From Savitreella phatthalungensis (taxonomy: Eukaryota), in NCBI GenBank assembly GCA_051599415.1, contig AP039693.1, forward strand, positions 248,001 through 312,000: a DNA stretch of 64,000 nucleotides. Reading direction: 5' to 3'. Shown piece after piece: positions 54,087 to 64,000 of the stretch. The notes below the pieces were generated by a model that ran no database searches, was not told the DNA's origin, and saw nothing but the letters and a program-made list of their open reading frames with translations. Position numbers and translations under genes: made by a program. Position 1 is the first letter of the stretch. Each line of letters starts with the position of its first letter.

Positions 54087-54367
54087 GAAGAACGATGCAC
54101 GTAATAACCTCGGAATTCATGCTTATCCGTGGCTCGGGTAAACTTTTTTGAACCGGGGTAAACATGTGAACAATGTCGACTGCAAGAATTATGCATCTGG
54201 CTCCTTCGAGATTTTCTCGGCCAAGTGACCGCGTGATGCTTCAAGCTGTTCTTCGTCTGCTCCCCACAAGATCGCCGAAGCATTTGCAAGCGTGACTGAA
54301 GCAGCGGTCAGATTCTCAACATCGTAGACACCACTTTTCGGGTCGCAATCTTCAATCCTCGGTCGTC

Positions 54368-55666
54368 ATGATGCTCTTCTCGCGCACATCCAAAGCTGCG
54401 GCCAATGCGCGTCGTGTAACCCTGATGCGAGATGCTGCTCTTTCTGGTTACAGACGCCAATTCAGGGTGAGCACGACCAGTAGAGCAGAGGAAGACATCT
54501 ACTCTCCCGGTCCATTACTTAGGTTAACAGATGAAGAGGAAATGATGCGGGAATCTGTCGCCAGATTTGCACAGGATGTCGTGGCTCCCAAGGTCCGCGA
54601 TATGGATGAGCAAGAGAAGATGTCGCCTGAAATCATCAAAGGTCTTTTCGATCTCGGCCTCATGGGCATCGAGACTTCTGTCGATCACGGCGGCGCCGGT
54701 GCATCGTTCACTTCAGCTATCGTTGCCATCGAGGAACTCGCCAAGGTCGATCCATCAGTCTCCGTGTTGTGCGATGTGCATAACACGCTAGTCAATACTG
54801 TGGTGCGGAAGTATGGCAGTCAGGAATTGCAGGACAAATATCTGCCGATCCTGTCTACTGAGAAGTTGGGCTCTTTTGCGTTATCCGAGCCAGTATCTGG
54901 TTCAGACGCATTTGCCCTGAAGACTCGTGCAGAAAAGACCACCGACGGTGATTACATTATCAATGGCGGCAAGATGTGGATTACTAATGGAGGTGAAGCG
55001 GAAATTTTCCTCATCTTTGCCAATCTCGATCCGTCGAAGGGCTACAAGGGCATCACATGCTTCCTGGCAGAGAAGGAATGGGGCGTTCAGATTGCCAAGA
55101 AGGAGATCAAGCTGGGAATTCGCGCGTCATCAACCGCTGCTATTAGCTTCGATGATCTCCACATCCCCAAGGAAAACCTGGTCGGTAAAGAAGGAGAGGG
55201 CTACAAGATTGCCATCGGCATCCTCAACGAAGGCAGAATCGGTATTGCGAGCCAAATGACTGGACTTGCGATGGGCGCGATGGATAAAGCTCTTTACTAT
55301 TGCTATAATGATCGCAAGCAATTCGGGCAATACATAGGCGACTTCCAAGCGATGCAACATCAATTCGCTGAAGCAGCGGTGGAACTCGAGGCTGCGCGTC
55401 TCCTAACGTACAATGCCTCGCGACTCAAGGAAGCGGAACGGCCTTTCGTCAAGGAAGCTGCAATGGCCAAGCTCTACGCTTCGCAGGTCGCACAAAAGGT
55501 CTCGGGCAAGGCAATCGAGTGGATGGGAGGCGTCGGTTTCACACGCGAACTAGGCATCGAGAAATACTGGCGTGACTCAATGATCGGCGCGATTTACGAA
55601 GGTACCTCGAATATTCAGAAGACCACTATCGGTAAATTTCTTGAAAGACACTACCGCGGCAAGTAG
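54368..55666 (+). CDS. Mitochondrial short/branched-chain acyl-CoA dehydrogenase (ACADSB-like)
   Basis: Presequence, DPSVSVLCDVHNTLVN, FALSEPVSGSDA, KLGIRASST, LNEGRIGI and IGAIYEGTSNIQ motifs. Confidence 0.94.
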   Translation: MMLFSRTSKAAANARRVTLMRDAALSGYRRQFRVSTTSRAEEDIYSPGPLLRLTDEEEMMRESVARFAQDVVAPKVRDMDEQEKMSPEIIKGLFDLGLMGIETSVDHGGAGASFTSAIVAIEELAKVDPSVSVLCDVHNTLVNTVVRKYGSQELQDKYLPILSTEKLGSFALSEPVSGSDAFALKTRAEKTTDGDYIINGGKMWITNGGEAEIFLIFANLDPSKGYKGITCFLAEKEWGVQIAKKEIKLGIRASSTAAISFDDLHIPKENLVGKEGEGYKIAIGILNEGRIGIASQMTGLAMGAMDKALYYCYNDRKQFGQYIGDFQAMQHQFAEAAVELEAARLLTYNASRLKEAERPFVKEAAMAKLYASQVAQKVSGKAIEWMGGVGFTRELGIEKYWRDSMIGAIYEGTSNIQKTTIGKFLERHYRGK

Positions 55667-55868
55667 TCCTGTGGTACCTATGTATGTCAGTCCATCAATA
55701 CGCTTCACCCGCGCCTGCGTGCATGATTGTCATCCATATGTGTATAATTTACAACTCCAGCAGTGCTTGTTGCAACGTGCAATAGATGTTTCGGCCAGTA
55801 CAAGCAATGGAATCTGTGCACACCGCCTCGTCCAACAAACTAATTAATCCAGTCTCCTCAACAACGCC

Positions 55869-58800
55869 TCATTTTTTCACGGACGGGGGCGTCCAACCAT
55901 GACAAAGCTCTTCCAACGTTTTGCACACAGTCTCCATCGTCAGCGGTTTCTCGAGGCGAGCTCCAAAATAAGAGAGGCCTGGAATATCCTTGGTACTGTA
56001 GCTCGACATTGCCACGATAGGAGTTCGGGCGTTGTGTAACGAACTCGACTGAATGAGTTTGGCAGCCTCCACGCCAGACAGCCGCGGCATGCGAATGTCC
56101 GTGAAGATCATGTCAAATTGAACGTCAGCATTCGCAGCTGCGACACACTGCGCACCATCCGTGACCGATACTACACGGCAGCGCAGCTTTTGAAGCATGG
56201 CTTCCAGAACGCGTCGACTAACCGGATTATCCTCGCAAACAAGTACATCAAGGCGCTTGCGCTGTCGTTCTTCTGCTGCATCCGCATGACTACTGTTCCG
56301 ACAATCAGGACTGCCGATCTTTTGAGCTCTCGATCCCGAAGTCATCGCTGTCGTTCTTGTCGGCGCGATCTTCTTGGCAAATCTCTTCCGCTTGGCATAC
56401 TCCTCCGTGTCGCTCGCGCTAGAAGGCGTCTCAGAGTCGAAGACGTGACGATGGCGTTGCTTTTCATGGCGTTCGGCGTAGAGCAATTCAGGATGCGGCA
56501 ATTGGCCGCTGAGGGTATAAGCCCGAGATCTCCGGCGGCTTTTGGACAATCCCGAGGGACTGCCCAGCTCATATTCGAATTGGAACGAGCGCTGCGGACG
56601 TTGATGAAGTCTAGTCGAAGGCGAGGATGAGAGTATGGCTGACGATGCGCTCGTGGACTGTGGCGAGGACCCTTGTCGTAGTCGTGTCGCTCTTTGAGCT
56701 GGCGAAAGCGCGGCACCGGACAACGAGCTAGAAGAAGGAGGACGCGGTACTGCGATAGACATGCTGCGCTGATGCTCATTTGTCGCGCCTGAGTTGCTGA
56801 CTGTTCCGTGCTCATCCCGTAGACGTTTGATCACATCCAAATTCTGTTTCTCAAGAACTGGCAGGTTTTTGAATGTGAAGGAGCCGAAAGAGTCTCCGCG
56901 CTCCGGCTCACTAGCGCGACGACCCTGTCGCCCACGTGCGCGTACGTGAGCAGGAATGGCAAGTGGCATGATCGATCGATTGAGAGAGGCAGGGGCTATA
57001 GCTGCCGGATCTGTAACTGCGGGAAATAGAAATGGTGCAGGCTCATCGTCGAAAACATGTTCAGTTGCCCCACGTGCGTCGAAGTAATCGGTATCCTCGG
57101 GATTGTCAGGCGTTGGGACGAACAATGGCTGCTCCTCCGAGATGCGATCCCAAACGACCCTTTCAAAAAATGTGTGTCGTTTGACGTCGGTAGCGCCGGA
57201 CAAGCTCCCAAGTCTCTCGGCAGGGTTGAGACACATCAGCCGGACCATCAGATCCTTTGCATGTTGGGATACGTCTAACTGTTCCTCAGCAGCGATGCTC
57301 GGCCAGTCGATTCTTCGCGCCAGAATATTGTCAAACACGATATCTGGTGTATCAGCATGAAAAGGGGGGTAGCCGTAAAGGAATTCGAAACAAATGACTC
57401 CCAGGGACCACCAATCAACCATGTCATCCTGACCGTGCCCAGTAATTGTCTCCGGCGCAAGATAGTCCGGTGTTCCGACAAATTTCCTATAACCACTCTC
57501 ATGCGGATCATACAGACGCATTGGCGGTGGCGGCATTGCATTAGAGCCGGCAATCACCGGGCTCTTTCGATTGAGCTCGTCCTCAGGCGATGGGCACGGC
57601 TCGTCCAGGCTGAGCTTCGTGATGGCTGAGCTAAGCGCATCGCTACCGCTTTCGCTGTTCGAGCCTGTACGCGAACGCAGCCCAAAATACCCGCGATCCA
57701 AGCGCATATCAATCGGAGAGCCTGGTAGAGCCGCTGGCGTCGAAATCGCCGAATTGGCAAAGTCGAAAGATGTTGATCGAGATGAGATGTTTGAGGGATA
57801 TGAGAATGAGCTCTCTCGTTGCGACGTCGGATAATCGACCAGATCTAAAGGGTCTGGATGGGACATCTGCCTCGCGCGATTTTGTCTACCGATCAGTCCT
57901 ACTCGTGATAAACCAAAATCAGTCAGCTTGAGATGTCCCGATTGACTGATTAGCAGATTGTCAGGCTTGAGATCGCGGTGAATGATGCCGCGTGCATGAA
58001 GATACTCCAAACCGAGGACCACCTCGGACAAATAGCGTCGAGTCCAGTCCTCCGGCAATCCACCAAGCTGCCGAATAAGTGCTGCACAATCTCCTCCGTT
58101 GAGGTACTCCATTACTAGATAGAGATACTCTTTAGACTGAAAGGTGTAGTAAAGCTTCGCAATGAATGGCGACTCGGTTTGTGCCATCATTATCGCGCGC
58201 TCCGCCTTGATGTTCGTAACCTGATTCTTTGCGATCATGTCAGCCTTCTTGAGAACTTTGATCGCGTAATAGTCTCCTGAAAGCTTTTTCTTGCTCAGAT
58301 AAACGCTGCCAAAGGCACCTCTGGAAATTGGCTTGATGATTTCGAAATCCTTGATTGACGGAGGCGCAGGCCGGCCTGCTGGTGCGACACTTGATAACCG
58401 GGGCGAGAGCGGCGCAGCGACACTGAGTCGACGTTCACGTGATAGATAGTCTGCAGAAGCATCGCTCGGACCAAGTACTGGCGAAGACATCGGACTGCTG
58501 CGCTCATGCTCGAGCATAGCAAGCCTGTTGCTAGCAGATCTTCTGCCTGGCGATGCGGTCCGATCACGAGCCAAACTCGCGTTGCGAGATCGACTCATTG
58601 CTCGCGAACCGCGTCTTGATGGAGAGAAGCCCGTCGGCGCGCGATTCTTGCCACTTGGCCTCCTTGGTATGTCGTAAAGTCCTTTCCGCCCCTCCCGAAC
58701 AAGCCCCTCATTCTCAGACGTGCTACGGACACTGGCAGCACGACTTGATCCCTCAAGATCGCTCTCGCTGAAGGGCAGCCCACTCTCCGTCGGACTGGAG

Positions 58801-60305
58801 CTCAACACGCTAAGATGCCTTGAGATCAATTGGGCGCCTTGCGCCAGTGGACTGGAAGCGCGTTCGACGGCTGCGTGCGGGTCTGGGAACGTGCTTTGAG
58901 TCGCTTGCTGACATGCTTCTCGATTTGGCGAGTACGATCCCGACGACAGGGGCGAGCCAATGGATGGAGAATGCAGGTCCCTGCGAACGAAAGGCTCTCT
59001 TGACTCGACAGCTGAACGACTGAGGGAAGCTTGCTGCGGCGACAGACTAGTCCCGAGTAGCAAATCGTTTGGTTGCTCGTCGACATCCGTACTATCGGAG
59101 TCTACATTACCCATGAGAGTGCGCTCAATTAATTCTTGTACCTTTGCATCGACTTCCTGCCTGATCATTTCCGAGTAGTGAATTGTATCGTGCAGTCGTA
59201 CGACCGCGGCGACTTTTGCTTGCACAGCATCTGTGATGCTGTTCTTAAGATCGCATAAAGCATCGTTTGTGGACTCAGGCATCGTCCAAGTACGCAACTG
59301 ACTTATGCGGGCCTGGGAGTCGGGCGAATGGATGCGCATATTGCCTGTCACCAGGTCTTGATCGCTGAGGGCTGGTAATGAAACATCGATGGCGACGTCG
59401 CAGTAATCAAGTAGATGTTCGATGAATTTGAGCTGCGTTTGTCGTTGCGATTCGGATCGTTGCCTACTGGCTGTCTGAAGCAGGCTGCCTGGTGATTTAT
59501 GTGTAAGTGCCTGTTTTGCGACGATAGAACGACCGTTGTATGTGGCATTGTAAGGATCACATGCAAGATTCGCTATTAGGTCCGACAAGATGCGACGCTG
59601 CTCAAGCAGCTGGTCTTGGCTCTCTTGCGCCTCGGATTCAGCCTTATGCGATACGATGCAAAGACTAGTATGTCTTTCAAAGAACCACGGCGAGATGTTG
59701 CGATCGCAGATGTTGCAACGTAGCGGATCTGGCGGCATCAATTCGATAGTATCTGGCCCGATTGTTTGAACATATTTCGCAAGCACTTCTGCCCCTCCGG
59801 CCAAGTCTTCCGCCAGCTCTGCTTCCAGCTCGCCCACGAAGACTTGTGCATTTTCGACGAGCGAAAAGACCCACATAGTGTGTGATGGTTCGCCAGAGGT
59901 GCGGTCATGTATTAAAATTCCATGCGAGTCGATTTCAAGCGCCTGTGGCAATCCGGAAGAGGAAGTCTGAGTGAGACTTAGCCAGAAGCGCAGACGAGCA
60001 GATTTCGTGCCATCTCTGAGCAGGCTATCCGTTGCGGCGGCAAATAAATCCTCCTGCGCCCCGGCAATACGCGTGGAAATAGGCTGTCCAACTAAGCCAG
60101 CCGGGCTTTCTCCAATGATGTCCAACCACGACGGAGAGACCCAGCTGACCGTATTATCCAGAGCAATTTCGACGATGACAGATCGCGATCGATGCGTTGC
60201 CGCTGCGATAAGCCTGCTCCGCTCCAATTTCAACACTTCGTCCTCAGATTCTCCCTCGGACGACGAATCCAGACTTGTGTCTTCAGGCAAGCGACGGTCA
60301 GACAT
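55869..60305 (-). CDS. RIM15: Greatwall-family kinase Rim15/Cek1/Ppk18 (PAS, zinc finger, split kinase, receiver domain); 5' end uncertain
   Basis: PAS VSPSW, CNIC...FERHTSLC, IKPISRGAFGSV, DFGLS with a long insert before GTPDYLAPE, and a C-terminal REC domain. Confidence 0.95.
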   Translation of the reverse strand: MSDRRLPEDTSLDSSSEGESEDEVLKLERSRLIAAATHRSRSVIVEIALDNTVSWVSPSWLDIIGESPAGLVGQPISTRIAGAQEDLFAAATDSLLRDGTKSARLRFWLSLTQTSSSGLPQALEIDSHGILIHDRTSGEPSHTMWVFSLVENAQVFVGELEAELAEDLAGGAEVLAKYVQTIGPDTIELMPPDPLRCNICDRNISPWFFERHTSLCIVSHKAESEAQESQDQLLEQRRILSDLIANLACDPYNATYNGRSIVAKQALTHKSPGSLLQTASRQRSESQRQTQLKFIEHLLDYCDVAIDVSLPALSDQDLVTGNMRIHSPDSQARISQLRTWTMPESTNDALCDLKNSITDAVQAKVAAVVRLHDTIHYSEMIRQEVDAKVQELIERTLMGNVDSDSTDVDEQPNDLLLGTSLSPQQASLSRSAVESREPFVRRDLHSPSIGSPLSSGSYSPNREACQQATQSTFPDPHAAVERASSPLAQGAQLISRHLSVLSSSPTESGLPFSESDLEGSSRAASVRSTSENEGLVREGRKGLYDIPRRPSGKNRAPTGFSPSRRGSRAMSRSRNASLARDRTASPGRRSASNRLAMLEHERSSPMSSPVLGPSDASADYLSRERRLSVAAPLSPRLSSVAPAGRPAPPSIKDFEIIKPISRGAFGSVYLSKKKLSGDYYAIKVLKKADMIAKNQVTNIKAERAIMMAQTESPFIAKLYYTFQSKEYLYLVMEYLNGGDCAALIRQLGGLPEDWTRRYLSEVVLGLEYLHARGIIHRDLKPDNLLISQSGHLKLTDFGLSRVGLIGRQNRARQMSHPDPLDLVDYPTSQRESSFSYPSNISSRSTSFDFANSAISTPAALPGSPIDMRLDRGYFGLRSRTGSNSESGSDALSSAITKLSLDEPCPSPEDELNRKSPVIAGSNAMPPPPMRLYDPHESGYRKFVGTPDYLAPETITGHGQDDMVDWWSLGVICFEFLYGYPPFHADTPDIVFDNILARRIDWPSIAAEEQLDVSQHAKDLMVRLMCLNPAERLGSLSGATDVKRHTFFERVVWDRISEEQPLFVPTPDNPEDTDYFDARGATEHVFDDEPAPFLFPAVTDPAAIAPASLNRSIMPLAIPAHVRARGRQGRRASEPERGDSFGSFTFKNLPVLEKQNLDVIKRLRDEHGTVSNSGATNEHQRSMSIAVPRPPSSSSLSGAALSPAQRATRLRQGSSPQSTSASSAILSSSPSTRLHQRPQRSFQFEYELGSPSGLSKSRRRSRAYTLSGQLPHPELLYAERHEKQRHRHVFDSETPSSASDTEEYAKRKRFAKKIAPTRTTAMTSGSRAQKIGSPDCRNSSHADAAEERQRKRLDVLVCEDNPVSRRVLEAMLQKLRCRVVSVTDGAQCVAAANADVQFDMIFTDIRMPRLSGVEAAKLIQSSSLHNARTPIVAMSSYSTKDIPGLSYFGARLEKPLTMETVCKTLEELCHGWTPPSVKK

Positions 60306-60719
60306 TCTGGTTAGTACGCGCCAAGGTCTCACTGAAGAATCAGCGACTGACGCTTCATATTGGTCTGTTGAGAAGAGTTGTTCCACGACTCGCGTCGGGT
60401 GACATAGATGTCATTCACAGAGGACAATGTCAAACATATGGTGATCTTCCTCGAAATCTCGTCTCAAGCGGGCTGCAACGTCTGCCTGGGCTCGTCAGCT
60501 AGCCAGACCCCGCATAATTTTGTTGCACATAATTGTAAAGGACATCTAAGTTATCCATTGTAATGACTAGACGTACATATATATTGAATGGACATTCTGT
60601 GGACGGATTCAATGTATATAAAGATACGTACGTACATATATGTACGCCAATCATGGCTGACAGTTCAAAATCAGAGAGGAAAAAATCGGTCACGTGGGCG
60701 CTTGGTCACTTTATGGAGA

Positions 60720-61950
60720 CGTGTGGACAAAGCAGTCCAGTCTCGTCAACTCACGTCAAGCATTTATTGCTGGCACCTGAAGCATGAAGTTGCAGTGGTG
60801 GACGCAGTGTCGTGTGGACACAGCGTTGTGGCAGCAGCAGATGGAACTTGCCAGCATGCGCAAAACAGTGACTTGTCCTGCCTGAAACTCTGCAGTAGAC
60901 GCCCACTTGCGGGCTATACTTCATCTAAGTGCACAGCCGCAAACGACATGCCAGACCAAGAATCCTGAAGTTTCACATGCCACTGTCTCAAGGGTCAGAC
61001 TAGACTGTCTGGAACCTGCCCTGTGCGCACTCAATCTTAGAACAGTCTTCTTACCTGCCACAAATAGTGCAGCTGGCTAGAGGAAGTCCACTGACCTTTA
61101 AGCAAGGCAAATTCTTATCTTGCTGGAGCAGGACTTGCGTTATACACAACATAATGTGCCTGTACCCACAAAATGTGAAAAGAGTCTCCCTACTAGCAAA
61201 CAGCTTGCACATTACACAATCCCTCAATCTAGCTGTCTTTGTCCTTCAAGCTTGCTTACAGCAAGTAGGTAGGTTCAAGAGATTAGCACCTACGGAAAAG
61301 ATCTTCAGGTCGTCAAGAGACAATAAAGGCTGTCTTCAACATCATCAGCAGCCCGTTCACGTTGACTTCTGCCACATATTGCTGCAGAATAGCACGTGTA
61401 TGGCAGTACGATACGCAAGCAATACACAGAGCGATCTGCAACTGCAGCAACCTTCTTCTCCTGCAGCAAAGGCAGCAAATGTTGAGGAAAGGCCAGAACT
61501 GTTAAAGCTATCCACAAGCCTAGCTTGTCCAAGCACTAGCACAATCAGAAAGTCTCAGGTCAGCGTACAGAGGATAAAAGAACCTTGCTTAGCAGCTCCT
61601 CGACACAGTACTGGTGAAATTTGCACAAAAAATTTGCCCTGAGGAAGACCTCTTCCCTCCACACAAAACAGGTCAAGGCAGAGCTTTACAGCATGCAGGA
61701 GACTATAAAAGTCCTCAGGACCAAAGCTATGCACCCTTGCCTCTCCTTCCAAGCAAATGCAGTTCTGAAGATGTTGCCTGACAGAAAGAGTACCTTCGCA
61801 GATAATCACTGAAATACACAATGGCAGTGGTTACCACAGCAGGTCAAAGAGGCGAGACATTGCCCTGTACCTTGGTAAGATGCATAGAAAGAGGATGCCG
61901 TGTGTTCAGCCCTTCAAAGGATGTTGCCAAGGAATGACAAGCGTTTCTAC
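60720..61950 (+). mobile_element. Decayed pogo/Fot1-like (DDE_1) transposase relic
   Basis: The broken frame reads NVKRVSLLANSLHITQSLNLAVF, resembling the LP.HSSH..QPLD..VF DDE_1 motif. Strongly CpG-depleted; no terminal inverted repeats found. Confidence 0.5.
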
Positions 61951-62098
61951 TTGGAAGGACCTGATGGGGGCGGCGACGAGGAATTCATGTTGCAAATCGA
62001 TCAATTGACTATACGCACTCCAGCAAATGATTATTCTGTGACTTCATAGGTATAAATTTCAGCACATTTACGTCGTTTCAATCGATCGGATGTGGCAT

Positions 62099-63625
62099 TT
62101 AGAGTCGAGCCTTCCATTTTCGACCAGACATCCCAGCAAGATTTCCCAAACCACTCTCCTGATCGCCAAGTAGGTGTCGCTGATGGTACGCATTTGCGAA
62201 CATGCCGGTCGGATCCAGCCTACGTCTGACAGCCAGCCAGTCGTGAAACTTTGGGTACATGTCGGAAAGACCTCTCGGACCGACATCAAATTGTTTAGCC
62301 CAATGAGGACGACCACCGAGGTCGCGCATCAGATACTCATAGGCCTGGAAGAAACGTCGGTAAGGGACACTGAAGCCGTACGGCTTATACATGATCACCC
62401 CAATGTAGCACGTTGGGCCGCCATAACTCGTGCTCAGCCAGGCTTCGCCCTCTTCTTGACCCGTCGCTACGCGTAACTCAATAGGCGCGTGGACGAAAAC
62501 TCCTTCGCTGCTGAAAGGAATGCGAGCAGCTTCGTCGTCCCCTGATAGCCAGAGATCGAGCCGACGACATGCTTCTATACCCATCTCGAGCGGCAGGGAC
62601 CATTCATCAACGTATTGCGAGAAGAGACAATTCATGTTGAGAGCTTCCTGGGAACTCTGGATTGCGGTGTCCAGCTTACCCTGGCACGCGCCGTATTGCT
62701 GTCGAAAGACAAGTCTCTCGATATTTGGTCCGAATCTGGGCGCCAATCGTCCGACGCAGAGCAAAACCTGGTGAATATGATACGCCCACAAAGTGCTGCG
62801 ATACCAGGAGGACGACGCACAGCGCTGGGAAGGCTCTGGTCTGACACGCGCTCCCTCCCATCGAATTGCACGACGTGAATATGGGAACCACCAGACGCGA
62901 ACGTATTCCGCAGCTTCCCAGAGCTTTTTTGCTTTCCATTCATCCAACATCGTTTCGAAAGTCAGAACAGAGCGAGTGGATTGTATGTCGAATGCATCGT
63001 CGACCGCCAGTGTTATCTCTACGATGATTCCAAGAGCGCCCAAGTGCACCTGTGCAGCGTGAAACACATCTTTGTTGGTAGTCGTAGAACAATCAATAAT
63101 TTCTCCCTGCGCGGTGACCAGCTTGAGTCCTTTGACGCACTGTCCCAGAATCGATCTCCGTAAGGATGAGCCGTGTGTCGCCGTTGCAAGCATACCTGCG
63201 ACGGACTGCTCAGAAATTGATCCAAGATTCTCTAGCGCAAAACCACGACTGTCCAATACCTTATGCAGCTGATTCATGCGCATTCCACCTTCGACAGTAA
63301 CGTAGCGCCGTTTCGCGTCCACCGCTACAACTTTGCACATTGCGTCGAGCGAGATCATGATGCTGTCACTGCAAGCGATGTCGCCCGGACTGTGGCCAGC
63401 GCCGATTGCCGTCACCTGTTGCTTTGTTGTTCGAGCATACTCGAGGACTTTCTTGACCTGCCAAATGTCTTGGGGCCAGAATACGTGTTGCGGCTCGCAG
63501 GTGAACGTACGTGCCCAATTAGAAAATCGCTTGTATGAGCTATGCTTCACGCCAATCTGCGGGTCTTTTGCACTACCGTTGCGATTCGAAAGGCGCGGGA
63601 GGTCGGAATCAGTACTCGTAAGCAT
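62099..63625 (-). CDS. ALO1: D-arabinono-1,4-lactone/L-gulonolactone oxidase, ending in ARL
   Basis: FSNWARTF, GAGHSP (covalent FAD His), NLGSISEQSVAG, HAPIELR and GGRPHWAK motifs. Confidence 0.94.
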   Translation of the reverse strand: MLTSTDSDLPRLSNRNGSAKDPQIGVKHSSYKRFSNWARTFTCEPQHVFWPQDIWQVKKVLEYARTTKQQVTAIGAGHSPGDIACSDSIMISLDAMCKVVAVDAKRRYVTVEGGMRMNQLHKVLDSRGFALENLGSISEQSVAGMLATATHGSSLRRSILGQCVKGLKLVTAQGEIIDCSTTTNKDVFHAAQVHLGALGIIVEITLAVDDAFDIQSTRSVLTFETMLDEWKAKKLWEAAEYVRVWWFPYSRRAIRWEGARVRPEPSQRCASSSWYRSTLWAYHIHQVLLCVGRLAPRFGPNIERLVFRQQYGACQGKLDTAIQSSQEALNMNCLFSQYVDEWSLPLEMGIEACRRLDLWLSGDDEAARIPFSSEGVFVHAPIELRVATGQEEGEAWLSTSYGGPTCYIGVIMYKPYGFSVPYRRFFQAYEYLMRDLGGRPHWAKQFDVGPRGLSDMYPKFHDWLAVRRRLDPTGMFANAYHQRHLLGDQESGLGNLAGMSGRKWKARL

Positions 63626-63779
63626 GGATGACTGGGCGAGATACTCTTCGAATGACGCTGCGCTATTGCGTTCTATTCGACACGGCGCACCATACGCTTC
63701 ATGATCGATGTCAAAATGCGTTTTTCATATATGGATCACACGCTATAATCTAGATCGCCAGTGTGATGTGATCAGTAGT

Positions 63780-64000
63780 AGGTCAGAGTTACATTCGGCG
63801 TGCGCTGAATTCAATGGCTGGTTTGTGCAAACATGCTTTGCACAAACAGTTGAGAGAATTTGGAGAGATTAAGTCTAACATTGTCGTCAAGACTGCTGCG
63901 ATCTTTGTGAGGTTGAGGAAAGGCTTTGATTGCTGTGTACGCTGGACAAATTCAACTTCAGGAACAATCTGGGCGCTGGCCTGAACTTGCAAGGGCTAGT
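63780..64000. other. CpG-poor edge, probably the start of another repeat relic
   Basis: Composition shift resembles 47307-48200 and 60720-61950; truncated by the window end. Confidence 0.25.

Overview
A compact, intron-poor fungal (ascomycete-like) nuclear window. The style suggests an early-diverging, Taphrinomycotina-type yeast, but that is inference. It holds about 38 protein-coding genes, mostly conserved housekeeping: Gac1-like, CDC37, MDL1, enoyl-CoA hydratase, Aurora kinase, VMS1, ATP23, PRO1, DOA1, UBC6, SFC1, STE14, uricase, NUC1, TIM13, CEG1, ARH1, SGF73, NIP7, PUS1, NMNAT, HEM15, GSH1, PSF2, ACADSB, RIM15, ALO1 and others. Three genes (cytochrome b5, TIM13, an L-type lectin) need short 46-61 nt introns that the ORF track misses. 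Accessory DNA comprises an (AC)45 microsatellite, a nest of four ~424-bp TG...CA LTR-like copies (46.5-48.6 kb) and a decayed pogo/Fot1-like transposase (60.7-61.9 kb). Most interesting leads: (1) ~1 kb of non-coding, apparently highly base-paired sequence between SFC1 and STE14, a candidate large ncRNA with a telomerase-RNA hypothesis; (2) peroxisomal PTS1 tails on normally mitochondrial Nuc1/EndoG (AKL) and Alo1 (ARL) and on an anchorless cytochrome b5 (AKL), while uricase ends in non-canonical STL; (3) strong CpG loss in repeat relics; (4) swapped flanks and a 108-bp near-perfect inverted repeat that point to LTR-mediated inversion and conversion; (5) an identical 20-mer upstream of two flavoenzyme genes; (6) apparent zinc-finger loss in Vms1 and Sgf73. 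Everything was read by eye; no searches or folding programs were run.
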